NCBI GenBank assembly: GCA_035500505.1
Contig: DATJXE010000004.1
Span: forward strand, 50,230-114,229
DNA length: 64,000 bases
From: Minisyncoccota bacterium
GTDB lineage: Bacteria; Patescibacteriota; Minisyncoccia; Phycocordibacterales; UBA2100
Reading direction: 5' to 3'
The notes beneath the pieces are model-generated. The model saw nothing but the letters and a program-made list of their open reading frames with translations, was not told where the DNA came from and did no database searches. The position numbers were made by a program, and so were the translations under genes. How positions within the stretch are numbered: position 1 is the stretch's first letter; each line of letters opens with the position of its first letter. Of the stretch, positions 45,596 to 54,394 are shown one piece after another.

Positions 45596-47245
45596 ATGGC
45601 TCTTCGAGACCGCATCCAGCCTCTCATCAAGGGCGACTGCGCGGACGACGACGCGACACTTTCAAAATACAGCCGGGACACGAGCATTTTCGAGCGTCGG
45701 CCCGCACTGGTTGTTTTTCCCAAGGACGCGGACGACGTCGCGGCGGTCGTGAGGTTCGTGCACGATGCGAAACAGAGCGGCGAACATATTTCTTTGGCCG
45801 CGCGTTCGGCGGGCACCGACATGGGCGGCGGACCTTTGACCGATTCCATCGCGCTCGTGTTCACCAAATACATGAACCATATGGGAGAGATCGGCAAAGA
45901 CTTCGCCGCCGCCGAGCCGGGGGTCCTCTACCGCGATTTTGAAAAAGCCACGCTTGCGAAGCGAGGGATGCTACTTCCCTCCTACCCGGCTTCGCGCGAG
46001 CTGTGCGCTATTGGCGGTATTGTCGCCAACAACTCCGGCGGCGAGCTCACCCTGCGCTACGGCAAGACCAATCGATACATCCGCACGCTCGACGTCGTCC
46101 TCTCCGACGGCTCGCGCGCGACCTTCAGGCCGCTTTCGATGCACGAGCTGCCTGCCAAAGAGCGCGAGCAAACGCTCGAGGGGCATATTTACCGTGAGGT
46201 CCACAAACTCATCGACGCGCATCAGGCGGAGATAGCCGCGGCGCGACCGAACGTGACGAAGAATTCCGCCGGGTACGCGCTGTGGGACGTCGTGGACAGA
46301 ACGAAGCACACGTTCGACCTCACCCAGCTCATCTGCGGCTCCCAGGGCACGCTCGGTATCGTGACCTCGGCGACGCTCGATCTCGTGAGGACCAAGACGC
46401 ACCGCTCGATGCTCGTCATCTTTCTTTCCGACATCGAGGTGCTGCCGGATATCGTGCACCGCGTGATGCGCTACGGCCCCGAGAGCTTCGAAAGCTACGA
46501 CGATCAGACCTTCAAGCTGGCGGTGCGTTTCCTGCCGCAAATCCTCTCGCAGCTCGGCTTAAGGAAAATGCTCTCGCTCGGGCTGGCCTTCATTCCCGAA
46601 ATGTGGGCGGTGCTCACGGGCGGCGTGCCAAAGCTCGTCCTCATGGCCGAATTTGCCGAAGACACCGCCGACGAAGCACTGCAAAAGGCCGAGGAAGCTC
46701 GGGCGCTCCTCCACGGACTTCCGGTGCGCACCGAGATCGCGCGGACCGAAGCACAGTCGAAAAAATACTGGACGATACGACGCGAAAGCTTCTCGCTCCT
46801 GCGCAAGAACCTCCGCGGCCTCTACGCCTCTCCTTTCATCGACGACATCGTCGTGCACCCCGATGATTACCCCAAATTTATTCCCGAGTTGAACGCGCTC
46901 TTGTCGCGCCACCACCTGCTCTACACCATCGCGGGACACATCGGTGACGGTAACTTCCACATCATTCCGCTCATGAACCTGGCCGACCCGAAAATGCGCA
47001 AGGAAATATTGGAACTGCAGCCGCAAGTGTACGCGCTCGTCGCGAAGTTCCACGGCTCGACGACCGGCGAGCACAACGACGGCATCATTCGCACGCCCTA
47101 CCTCGGCATGATGTTCGGTGAAAAGATGGCGCAGTTCTTCGGCGACGTGAAAAAGATATTCGATCCGCTCGGCATTTTGAACCCTGGCAAGAAAACGGGC
47201 GGCACTATGCAGGACATCGAACGCAGCATGATACGGAACAAGTAG
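45596..47245 (+). CDS. FAD-linked oxidase (GlcD/D-lactate dehydrogenase-like; FAD_binding_4 + FAD-oxidase_C)
   Basis: Start MALRDRIQ (the track ORF starts at 45533). FAD-binding PCMH-type domain motifs (VVFPKDADDV, SAGTDMGGGP) and a C-terminal oxidase domain are present. Confidence 0.8.
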   Translation: MALRDRIQPLIKGDCADDDATLSKYSRDTSIFERRPALVVFPKDADDVAAVVRFVHDAKQSGEHISLAARSAGTDMGGGPLTDSIALVFTKYMNHMGEIGKDFAAAEPGVLYRDFEKATLAKRGMLLPSYPASRELCAIGGIVANNSGGELTLRYGKTNRYIRTLDVVLSDGSRATFRPLSMHELPAKEREQTLEGHIYREVHKLIDAHQAEIAAARPNVTKNSAGYALWDVVDRTKHTFDLTQLICGSQGTLGIVTSATLDLVRTKTHRSMLVIFLSDIEVLPDIVHRVMRYGPESFESYDDQTFKLAVRFLPQILSQLGLRKMLSLGLAFIPEMWAVLTGGVPKLVLMAEFAEDTADEALQKAEEARALLHGLPVRTEIARTEAQSKKYWTIRRESFSLLRKNLRGLYASPFIDDIVVHPDDYPKFIPELNALLSRHHLLYTIAGHIGDGNFHIIPLMNLADPKMRKEILELQPQVYALVAKFHGSTTGEHNDGIIRTPYLGMMFGEKMAQFFGDVKKIFDPLGILNPGKKTGGTMQDIERSMIRNK

Positions 47246-47293
47246 GCGGCGCGGCACTATCACCGCCGATTTGTTCTGCTATACTGGAGAAAA

Positions 47294-47773
47294 ATGCCCA
47301 CCAGAAACGATACTTCGTTCTTGTTGCAGGTCGTGCAGCCGGGGCTCGCCGGCCTTATGGACGGCTCCGTCTCGACGCTCGCGCCCATATTCGCGGCGGC
47401 GTTCGCGACACGTGACGCGCACACCGCGTTCCTTATCGGCATGTCGGCAGCGATTGGTGCGGGCATTTCGATGGCGTTCGCCGAAGCGCTATCAGACACC
47501 GGCAAGGAAACGGGCCGAGGCCATCCCGCCTATCGCGGCTTCATCATCGGCGCAATGACGTTCGTCGGCGGCATTTTTCACACACTCCCCTTCCTCATCT
47601 CGAATTTCTATGCGGCGGTCACGCTCGCGTTCCTCGTCGTCGGCTGCGAACTCGTCGCGATCGCCTACATTCGCTATCACTTTTTCCACATGCGTTTTTG
47701 GCTTTCCGTTCTGCAAGTCATCATCGGCGGCGGGCTCGTTCTCGCGGCAGGTCTTTTGATCGGCGGAGCCTAG
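47294..47773 (+). CDS. VIT1/CCC1-family (DUF125) membrane protein
   Basis: 159 aa with Gly/Ala-rich TM segments characteristic of the VIT family. A TATACT and GGAG lie upstream. Confidence 0.55.
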   Translation: MPTRNDTSFLLQVVQPGLAGLMDGSVSTLAPIFAAAFATRDAHTAFLIGMSAAIGAGISMAFAEALSDTGKETGRGHPAYRGFIIGAMTFVGGIFHTLPFLISNFYAAVTLAFLVVGCELVAIAYIRYHFFHMRFWLSVLQVIIGGGLVLAAGLLIGGA

Positions 47774-48168
47774 GCGCGATGCCTTTCCGCTCCGCACCTG
47801 CAGCCGTGCGGCTTGATGAATTCGTCGAAATATTCCTGGCCGTAGTCGATGGTTATTTCCTCGCCCTGAAAGATATCGCGCAGCGCGTGGATGAGGATTT
47901 TCCCCTTTTGGACCTCGGCCTCGGCGTTGGGCACGCAGGCGTGATTGATCCAACGGGCGTGATTGTCCTGTCCTTCTCCGTCGATGGTCCACTTCGTATC
48001 GAGTTCGAACAGGTAGCGCCCTTTGGACGAATTGGCTTCTTTCGTCGGTATCTTTTTGCCCGTATATTCGAGGATGAAGTCCCCTTCCGCGATGGGTTCG
48101 CGTGCAAAAAGGCCCCACCCTATGCCCGGAGATTCGCGCACTTCGAAACGTGGGTCCATGGTTTGCAT
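47770..48168 (-). CDS. SET-domain protein (putative lysine methyltransferase)
   Basis: SET signatures RWINHACVPNAE (NHxCxPN) and EEITIDYG (ELxxDY). A post-SET-like CRCGAERH follows. Start MQTMDPRF. Confidence 0.7.
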   Translation of the reverse strand: MQTMDPRFEVRESPGIGWGLFAREPIAEGDFILEYTGKKIPTKEANSSKGRYLFELDTKWTIDGEGQDNHARWINHACVPNAEAEVQKGKILIHALRDIFQGEEITIDYGQEYFDEFIKPHGCRCGAERHRA

Positions 48169-48208
48169 ACCTCTTTTCGTGCCCTTAGTTTTAATGCATA
48201 CTGTCCCA

Positions 48209-49471
48209 ATGAACAAGCGAGAGCGGGTCTCCACGGAATCCTACAAGGGCGTTCGCGATTTCTATCCCCAAGATCAATTCCTGCAACGATACCTCTTCGA
48301 GCACATGGAGCGCGTGTGCGAGCTCTACGGTTACGAGGAATACAACGCGAGCGTGCTCGAACCCGCGGAACTCTACCGCGCCAAAACGAGCGAGGAGATC
48401 GTGAATGAGCAGACCTACACCTTCATCGATCGCGGCGGACGTGAAGTGACCCTTCGACCTGAGATGACGCCGACCCTCGCCCGCATGGTCGCGGCACGCA
48501 TCCGAGAGATCCCGCTGCCGGCCCGCTGGTACTGCATCGAGAACAATTTCCGCTACGACCGCATGCAGCGCGGCCGAGAGCGCGAGTTCTGGCAGCTCAA
48601 CGCTGACCTCATCGGAGCTGAAGGGGTCGAGGCGGATGCGGAAATTATCGCCATCGCGCACGGGGTCCTGCGCTCGCTCGGCGCCGACGAGCGGGATTTC
48701 GAGATCCGCGTTTCCGACCGACGCATCCTCGACTCGATCTATGCGTCCGTCGGGATCGCAAAAGAGTACACCGCCAACGTGACCCGCCTTCTCGACAAGC
48801 GCGCCAAGATAGATGATTTCGAAAAACAGTTGACCGACATGATCGCCCATGAGGAAAAGGCCGTACGGCTCATCGAAGAGCTCGAGCGCATTACGTCGAC
48901 GAAGTACCTCGAAGACCTGCGCGTCAAACTCGAACATATGGGAGTCGGCAACATGATAGTGGACACTTCCATCACGAGAGGGTTCGACTACTACACCGGC
49001 ATGATATTCGAGGTGTACGACACCAACGAAAAGAACTCCCGATCGCTTCTGGGCGGCGGCCGATACGACAACCTGCTTTCGATGTTCGGAGCAGAACCCA
49101 TACCCGCTGTCGGGTTCGCGATGGGTGATGTGACTGCCAAAGACTTCCTGCAAACGCACAACCTGCTGCCCGAATACGCGCCCGCAACGGAACTCATGGT
49201 CTGTATCGTCGCGGAGAGCGCGACGCAGCACGCGGTTGCTCTCGCACAGGACCTGCGCCGGCAGGACATCGCCGTCGCCGTCAACTTCTCCGGCAAGCGC
49301 ATCGGCGACCAGATAAAGGATGCGGATAAGATGAAAGTGCCGTTCGTCATCGTCGTCGGCGAGAAGGAGCGCGACTCCGGCCGCTACAGCTTGAAGAACC
49401 TCGAAACAGGCAACGAGGTCATCCTCCCCGCGGACAGGATCGCCGAGCACTTGTTCTCCGCCTTGGAATAA
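48209..49471 (+). CDS. hisS: histidyl-tRNA synthetase
   Basis: Class-II motifs (GVRDFYP, ...FRYDRMQRGRERE..., GGGRYDNL) and a C-terminal anticodon-binding domain. Start MNKRERV. Confidence 0.9.
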   Translation: MNKRERVSTESYKGVRDFYPQDQFLQRYLFEHMERVCELYGYEEYNASVLEPAELYRAKTSEEIVNEQTYTFIDRGGREVTLRPEMTPTLARMVAARIREIPLPARWYCIENNFRYDRMQRGREREFWQLNADLIGAEGVEADAEIIAIAHGVLRSLGADERDFEIRVSDRRILDSIYASVGIAKEYTANVTRLLDKRAKIDDFEKQLTDMIAHEEKAVRLIEELERITSTKYLEDLRVKLEHMGVGNMIVDTSITRGFDYYTGMIFEVYDTNEKNSRSLLGGGRYDNLLSMFGAEPIPAVGFAMGDVTAKDFLQTHNLLPEYAPATELMVCIVAESATQHAVALAQDLRRQDIAVAVNFSGKRIGDQIKDADKMKVPFVIVVGEKERDSGRYSLKNLETGNEVILPADRIAEHLFSALE

Positions 49472-49472
49472 C

Positions 49473-50048
49473 ATGAGGATCGTCACGTTCGACATCGAAA
49501 CGGCGAATTGGTTCGCCGAGACGGGCGGGAATAATCCGGCCGATCTCGACATCGCGCTCGTCGGCGTTCACGACTCCGAAACGGATTCCTACACGAGCTA
49601 CCTCGAACCGGAGCTGCCGCAGCTCTGGCCCATCATCGAGCGCGCGGATATGCTCGTCGGCTACAACTCCGACCACTTCGACGTGCCGCTTTTGAACAAG
49701 TACTACCCCGGCGACCTCTCGCGCATCAAGTCGCTCGACCTCATGGTCGAGGTGTACGACGTGCTCGGCAGGCGGCTTAAACTCGACTCCATCGCCGAGG
49801 CGACGCTCGGTGTGAACAAGATAGGCAGCGGGTCGCAATCCCTCCAGTGGTGGCGCGCGGGCGACGTGGAGAAAGTGCGCGAATACTGCCTCAAGGACGT
49901 CGAGATAACCAAAAAGATATTCGATTACGCGCTCGAAAAAGGTTCCATCAAATACAAAGACCTCGGCAACCTGCGCGAAGTGAAGCTCGACACATCGAAA
50001 TGGCTGCAGCCCAAAAGCGGCGCAATGACGTTTTCGATGGGATTCTGA
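49473..50048 (+). CDS. DEDD-family 3'-5' exonuclease (DnaQ/RNase-T-like)
   Basis: Exo I FDIET, Exo II YNSDHFDVPLL and Exo III YCLKDVEIT (DEDDy). ATG lies 1 nt after the hisS stop. Confidence 0.65.
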   Translation: MRIVTFDIETANWFAETGGNNPADLDIALVGVHDSETDSYTSYLEPELPQLWPIIERADMLVGYNSDHFDVPLLNKYYPGDLSRIKSLDLMVEVYDVLGRRLKLDSIAEATLGVNKIGSGSQSLQWWRAGDVEKVREYCLKDVEITKKIFDYALEKGSIKYKDLGNLREVKLDTSKWLQPKSGAMTFSMGF

Positions 50049-50057
50049 TTCTCTTTG

Positions 50058-50131
50058 TGCCCAGGGCCAGACTCGCACTGGCGACCCTTCGCTCTTCAGG
50101 CGAATGCTCTAACTAACTGAGCTACCTGGGC
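50058..50131 (-). tRNA. tRNA-Phe (anticodon GAA)
   Basis: Cloverleaf GCCCAGG/CCTGGGC acceptor, D-arm GCTC..GAGC and anticodon loop CUGAAGA. The T-loop TGCGAGT is unusual. CCA is not encoded. Confidence 0.8.
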
Positions 50132-50171
50132 TTCGCGAGCCACTTTATCATAAAGGGCCGTTCCCTTCACC

Positions 50172-50495
50172 TCATTGCGTTGTGGTAGAAGTCGGCGTCG
50201 AGCCGCCAAAGCGCGATTCGAACTGTTGGATGGCGTTTTCAAATCCTTGGAACTGGTTCTGCGCCTGAGAGTTCGTGCCTTCTATCTTGTTGATGGTCGC
50301 GAGCATCTGCTGCACGGCGGTATTGAGATAGGTAAAGTAGAACCAGATGGGAGCGGAAAGAAGCGCGGCGTAGATGATGAATCTGACGAACCCCCATAAA
50401 AACGCGCTTCGGCGCATGTGGTGCATCATCTGGTTGTTCTCCCGCGTCAGCCGCAAGATCTCCTGCAGCGTCTGGTCGTTGTTCGTCGGTTCCAT
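50172..50495 (-). CDS. hypothetical membrane protein
   Basis: One TM helix (FLWGFVRFIIYAALLSAPIWFYF) and a Gln-rich C-terminus. The start is ambiguous (50546 or 50495). Confidence 0.35.
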   Translation of the reverse strand: MEPTNNDQTLQEILRLTRENNQMMHHMRRSAFLWGFVRFIIYAALLSAPIWFYFTYLNTAVQQMLATINKIEGTNSQAQNQFQGFENAIQQFESRFGGSTPTSTTTQ

Positions 50496-50497
50496 GG

Positions 50498-50758
50498 TTA
50501 TTCTTTGAGGGAAATTCCGGTTCGTTTTGCGATTCTCTTTATCCAACGGTCATGTCGTGATGTTTGCTCTTTCACCGCCACGTATTCGAGAGTCAGCCTC
50601 TGGAAAGGAGTGATTAGGCCGTCGATAGCCTGGAGCATCTGCTCTTGAACGTCCCGCATTTCCTTTATTTCTTCCTTAACTTCTTTAAAGGAATCACGCA
50701 ACTCCATCTTGGTCGCGAAGACCGACAGAAGTTTGTTCATGTCTTTGTCCGTCAACAT
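50498..50758 (-). CDS. hypothetical coiled-coil protein (86 aa)
   Basis: Charged helical sequence. Adjacent and co-oriented with the previous gene. Confidence 0.35.
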   Translation of the reverse strand: MLTDKDMNKLLSVFATKMELRDSFKEVKEEIKEMRDVQEQMLQAIDGLITPFQRLTLEYVAVKEQTSRHDRWIKRIAKRTGISLKE

Positions 50759-50783
50759 GAAAATAGTGTACCATGACGCGATT

Positions 50784-50855
50784 GCCCTCGTAGCTCAATG
50801 GATAGAGCAATCCCGTCCTAAGGGAGAGATGTGGGTTCGATTCCTGCCGAGGGCA
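50784..50855 (+). tRNA. tRNA-Arg (anticodon CCU)
   Basis: Acceptor GCCCTCG/CGAGGGC, canonical T-loop GGTTCGATTCC and anticodon loop GUCCUAA with G32 and an A27-G43 mismatch. Confidence 0.75.
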
Positions 50856-51104
50856 TCAAGCAGGCACGTTCAAGAGCTCTCGCAGACGGTCCTCGTCGAA
50901 TCCGACGACGAGTTCGCCGCCGACGTCGATGACCGGCACGCCCATCTGGCCGCTTTTCTGTATCATTTCTTGGCGCTTCGCCAAGTCGCTCGCGACGTTG
51001 TATTCGGTGAATGCGATATTGTGCTCGCCGAAGAACTCCTTTGCCGCATGACAAAAGTGACACGTCGGGGTCGAGTAAATGGTTACTGGTTTCTGATCTG
51101 CCAT
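50856..51104 (-). CDS. glutaredoxin-like protein (NrdH/YruB-type)
   Basis: 82 aa with an N-terminal CHFC (CxxC) active site in a thioredoxin fold. Confidence 0.75.
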   Translation of the reverse strand: MADQKPVTIYSTPTCHFCHAAKEFFGEHNIAFTEYNVASDLAKRQEMIQKSGQMGVPVIDVGGELVVGFDEDRLRELLNVPA

Positions 51105-51136
51105 ACGAATTATTTTATTTTTATAACGCTAGTATA

Positions 51137-51724
51137 TCACGCGGAGTTCCGCGCCGTCTTCAAGGCTTTTCCCCACCACAGTAACTGCTCAAGCATCATC
51201 TTGGCAGCGCCCTCGAACTGCTCCAACACCCCGGGCTTGAAGGCGCCTTTTTCATCCATCATGGTCCACGGCGCCTGAATGTGAACTGCGGTCCGCACCG
51301 ATGCCATGTGTAATTCCACGGCCGTCTGTCGCAAGTGCTCGACCGAACGCGCTCCGCCCGCGCTGCCGTAGGCAACGAACGCAAGGGGCTTGTAGTTCCA
51401 TTCCGTGAACACGTGATCGAAGGAATTCTTCAAGACCGCCGGCACTCCGTGGTCGTATTCCGGAGCGATCACAATGAACGCATCGGCTTCTTTGATCTTG
51501 GCCGCCCACTTCTGGACGACCTCGTTGTTATATGCGCCATCCTTCACCTGGCTCGGCGTCGTCGCTTCGTCGTAAAACGGCATCGGATACTCGCGTAAGT
51601 CGAGCAGTTCGGCATCAAATGCGTCGTTCTTTTTGACTTGCTCCAGCACCCAGGGCGCGACCTTTTCACTTGTGCGATTGGGCCGAGTGGAACCGAGGAT
51701 AATTTTCACCTTAAGTTTGTCCAT
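51137..51724 (-). CDS. NADPH-dependent FMN reductase family flavoprotein
   Basis: Start MDKLKVKIILGSTR. Flavodoxin-like fold with FMN_red motifs. Confidence 0.7.
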   Translation of the reverse strand: MDKLKVKIILGSTRPNRTSEKVAPWVLEQVKKNDAFDAELLDLREYPMPFYDEATTPSQVKDGAYNNEVVQKWAAKIKEADAFIVIAPEYDHGVPAVLKNSFDHVFTEWNYKPLAFVAYGSAGGARSVEHLRQTAVELHMASVRTAVHIQAPWTMMDEKGAFKPGVLEQFEGAAKMMLEQLLWWGKALKTARNSA

Positions 51725-51815
51725 AATGATGATGGTGAGGTCTGTTAGAGGAACAGTGTACGGCATGCGCTTTACTTTGTAAAGCGGGCTGCGTCATGCT
51801 AGCATGTGGATATCT

Positions 51816-52121
51816 ATGAAAACGGCGGAAAAGCCCTGTCCGGTCGGCAAGGTAGTCGAATTGCTCGGCGATAATTGCTCTATTCTCATCGTCCGCGACC
51901 TTCTGGAGGGCCCGCGGCGCTTCGGCGAGCTCGAAACGTCACTCGGAAGCTCCTCCCGCACGCTCGCCAAGAAGCTGAAACTCCTCGAACATGAAAAAAT
52001 GGTGACGCGTAAGGAGTCCAAAGATGAACCCTCGTGCGTGAAATATCAACTCACCCGCAAAGGCGAGGCCTTCCACGGCGTCGTGGACGCGATGCGCGCG
52101 TATGGCAAGAAATATCTCTAG
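51816..52121 (+). CDS. HxlR-family winged-helix transcriptional regulator
   Basis: CPV...LGDNCSILIVRDLLEGPRRFGEL signature. Divergent from the FMN reductase gene. Confidence 0.75.
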   Translation: MKTAEKPCPVGKVVELLGDNCSILIVRDLLEGPRRFGELETSLGSSSRTLAKKLKLLEHEKMVTRKESKDEPSCVKYQLTRKGEAFHGVVDAMRAYGKKYL

Positions 52122-52163
52122 CGCATATTTCTGCAGGGCACACACTTGGCGCGCGGAAGTGTG

Positions 52164-53189
52164 CTAGGTTTTGCGCACGATACAAAACGGCGTCATTTCG
52201 TCCGACTGCCCCATCGGGTTGTCGCGGAACAGTTTGCCGATGAAAGACTCGGTGATGGCCCCCGTCTTGCCGAGACTGAATGCGCCGCGATAGTTGGAAT
52301 CGAGGATGATCGTCTCACAGCCGAGACGCGCTTTGATTCGTTTCGCGTTGCCGCCGGGATCGAGCGGGGCAAGCTTCGCCGAGTGCGCGTATTCGAGGAT
52401 GAGGAACGACATCGGAAGGTCGACCGACTTGGCCTGGGTTCCGCATAGGTAGTAAAAAAGGCCACGAATGCCGAACGGGCGCGTTATCGCCGAAACGATG
52501 CCTGCGAACATGGCGCGGACATACCCTGCTTCTTCGATGAGCAATTGCATCGCGAGCGGCGTGCCGTGGCCGAAGCCGTGGAAATCGCTCGTGCCGTAGT
52601 AATTGCTTACGTTACGTGCAAAGAGATATGCGAGCCACGATGGCTGTATCTCGGCCATGTCGATGACCCTTCCCTGCGTGATGGTAAGGGCTTTCTCGCT
52701 CACGAAGAGCATGTCGCCAGGCTTCAGGTGCGGTCCTGCGAATTCCTCGATGATAGGCAGGATGTCCTTGTCCTTCATCGTGATGAGGCGCGATTTCACC
52801 AAGAGGCGGTCGTACTTCGTGCCATCAACCTCGATGGACTTATTAGCGGGCGCCGAAGAAGGTGTGTCGGGACGAGGGGCGCTCACCGAGGCAATTATCT
52901 GGGGAGAGATCTTCTCGCCACGGAACATGGCGAACAGGATGTCGACTGCACGACGTATTTCGACCGGAGTTTGCCTAAGCTTCGCGCGCGAACGCAACAA
53001 CTCCGTCGCTTCCATGTACAGAATATGTGCCTCGTCGATGCGTTTTACTGAAAAAGCTGCGGTGATGTCCGGTCCCTGCCCTATCGCTCCCAGTATGACG
53101 TTCCCTTTCTTATCAGGTGTGTACGTTATCGTGAGCCCGGTTTGGGCTTTCATCTCGTCATACATGAGCAGCCGTTCCGTCATGCGCAT
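52164..53189 (-). CDS. CofE-like (F420-0:gamma-glutamyl ligase family) protein
   Basis: GDMLFVSEKALTITQGR resembles the CofE GDVLVISSKVVSKAEGR motif. A DSN motif is also present. 341 aa. Confidence 0.45.
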   Translation of the reverse strand: MRMTERLLMYDEMKAQTGLTITYTPDKKGNVILGAIGQGPDITAAFSVKRIDEAHILYMEATELLRSRAKLRQTPVEIRRAVDILFAMFRGEKISPQIIASVSAPRPDTPSSAPANKSIEVDGTKYDRLLVKSRLITMKDKDILPIIEEFAGPHLKPGDMLFVSEKALTITQGRVIDMAEIQPSWLAYLFARNVSNYYGTSDFHGFGHGTPLAMQLLIEEAGYVRAMFAGIVSAITRPFGIRGLFYYLCGTQAKSVDLPMSFLILEYAHSAKLAPLDPGGNAKRIKARLGCETIILDSNYRGAFSLGKTGAITESFIGKLFRDNPMGQSDEMTPFCIVRKT

Positions 53190-53203
53190 GAGAATACCAC
53201 AGA

Positions 53204-53274
53204 TGCGGGTACGGGGAATCGAACCCCGATCTAATGCTTGGGAAGCATTCGTTCTGCCACTAAACTATACCCGC
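53204..53274 (-). tRNA. tRNA-Gly (anticodon CCC)
   Basis: Acceptor GCGGGTA/TACCCGC, anticodon loop UUCCCAA and T-loop GGTTCGATTCC. Confidence 0.8.
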
Positions 53275-53345
53275 CTTCGCTAAAGCTTCGGCGGGCAGGC
53301 CCGCTCCAACTTCGCGTTCTGTAAATCTACCAAAGCTTGTCGCTT

Positions 53346-53717
53346 TTACCACCACGAAAACGCCTTCTTGAGCTTGTCCAAAAAGCTCTGCGGCTGGGGA
53401 GGAGGCGTAGTTGAGGAATCGACGATGACTATCATGTCCTCGCCCTGCTTCCCCACCGCGTACTGCTGTCGGAGCGCGGCCTCCTTGCCGCGCTCGCTCT
53501 GCAATTCGGTGATGTTTCCCTGCAACTGCGATTCCTGGGACGAAAGGTCCGCGAGCGCGGCTTGCGACTCTCGGTTGAGCGCGGACGACTGTTTCTCCTT
53601 CTGCCAGGAGTTCCACACGCCCGCGCCGACGAACACGACCAGCACGAACAGCCCGAAAAGCCTGAGGCGCCGCCACAGGAGGCGCGTCGGATCGTTCCTT
53701 GGCCGTATTGCCATCAT
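53346..53717 (-). CDS. FtsB/DivIC-like septum formation initiator
   Basis: An N-terminal TM helix is followed by a leucine-zipper-like coiled coil. The C-terminus is Pro-rich. Confidence 0.5.
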   Translation of the reverse strand: MMAIRPRNDPTRLLWRRLRLFGLFVLVVFVGAGVWNSWQKEKQSSALNRESQAALADLSSQESQLQGNITELQSERGKEAALRQQYAVGKQGEDMIVIVDSSTTPPPQPQSFLDKLKKAFSWW

Positions 53718-53737
53718 TAGGTATACTCTAGCACTAT

Positions 53738-53866
53738 ATGAGTTTCCTGTTCCACAAACGCACGAGGAAGGTAGCGAACATCGTTTGGGGCGTCATCGCC
53801 GTCCTGGTCATCCTGGGCATGGTCATTTTCTTCGCCCCAGGCCTCACGAATTTGTTGACGCAGTAG
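53738..53866 (+). CDS. possible small hydrophobic peptide (42 aa)
   Basis: ATG lies 11 nt after a TATACT -10-like hexamer. It has a single TM helix. It is below the 60-aa track cutoff and has no RBS. Confidence 0.2.
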   Translation: MSFLFHKRTRKVANIVWGVIAVLVILGMVIFFAPGLTNLLTQ

Positions 53867-53908
53867 GGCTTTGAAACTTTCCTGGAAATTTGAATGGTGT
53901 TGGAGCAG

Positions 53909-54358
53909 TTACTCATCTTTTTCTGGAAATTCAGCTTTCGCATCTAAAGTGCGTCGAAATCGTATAAGATCCTGACGAGAAGCTTCTAACCTTTCTAATG
54001 TTTCGATGATCTGCTCTCTTCCTCTCTCATCCTCACTTACTATATTCTGGACACTGTCCAATCTCTCTTTTATATCTTGCCGTGTGACCGACCCCGCAAG
54101 CTGAGACTCAAGTTCAGCCAATGTGCGTTTCCATTCAGCGAGGCTCAAATCTTTCCGTTTGAGGGCATCGTTGTATTCAGTAATCCACAGGTCGTTTTGT
54201 TTTATATATCTCGTTATTCGGGATTTATGTTGTGTCAGTGATTCGTTTTCGCGACGGGAGTAAGGTAATTCCATCGGAAGGATTTTCTTTTCTCCAGACT
54301 CACCTTCAGGCATACATTCACTATACCAAACCAACAGAGCTTGAATCCTGCCAACCAC
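53909..54358 (-). CDS. hypothetical coiled-coil protein in low-GC segment
   Basis: 149 aa, charged and helical. Judged by eye, the local GC content is well below the window average. Confidence 0.35.
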   Translation of the reverse strand: MVGRIQALLVWYSECMPEGESGEKKILPMELPYSRRENESLTQHKSRITRYIKQNDLWITEYNDALKRKDLSLAEWKRTLAELESQLAGSVTRQDIKERLDSVQNIVSEDERGREQIIETLERLEASRQDLIRFRRTLDAKAEFPEKDE

Positions 54359-54394
54359 AGATATGCTATTAACTCTTCTGGATTGTTGACTTTC

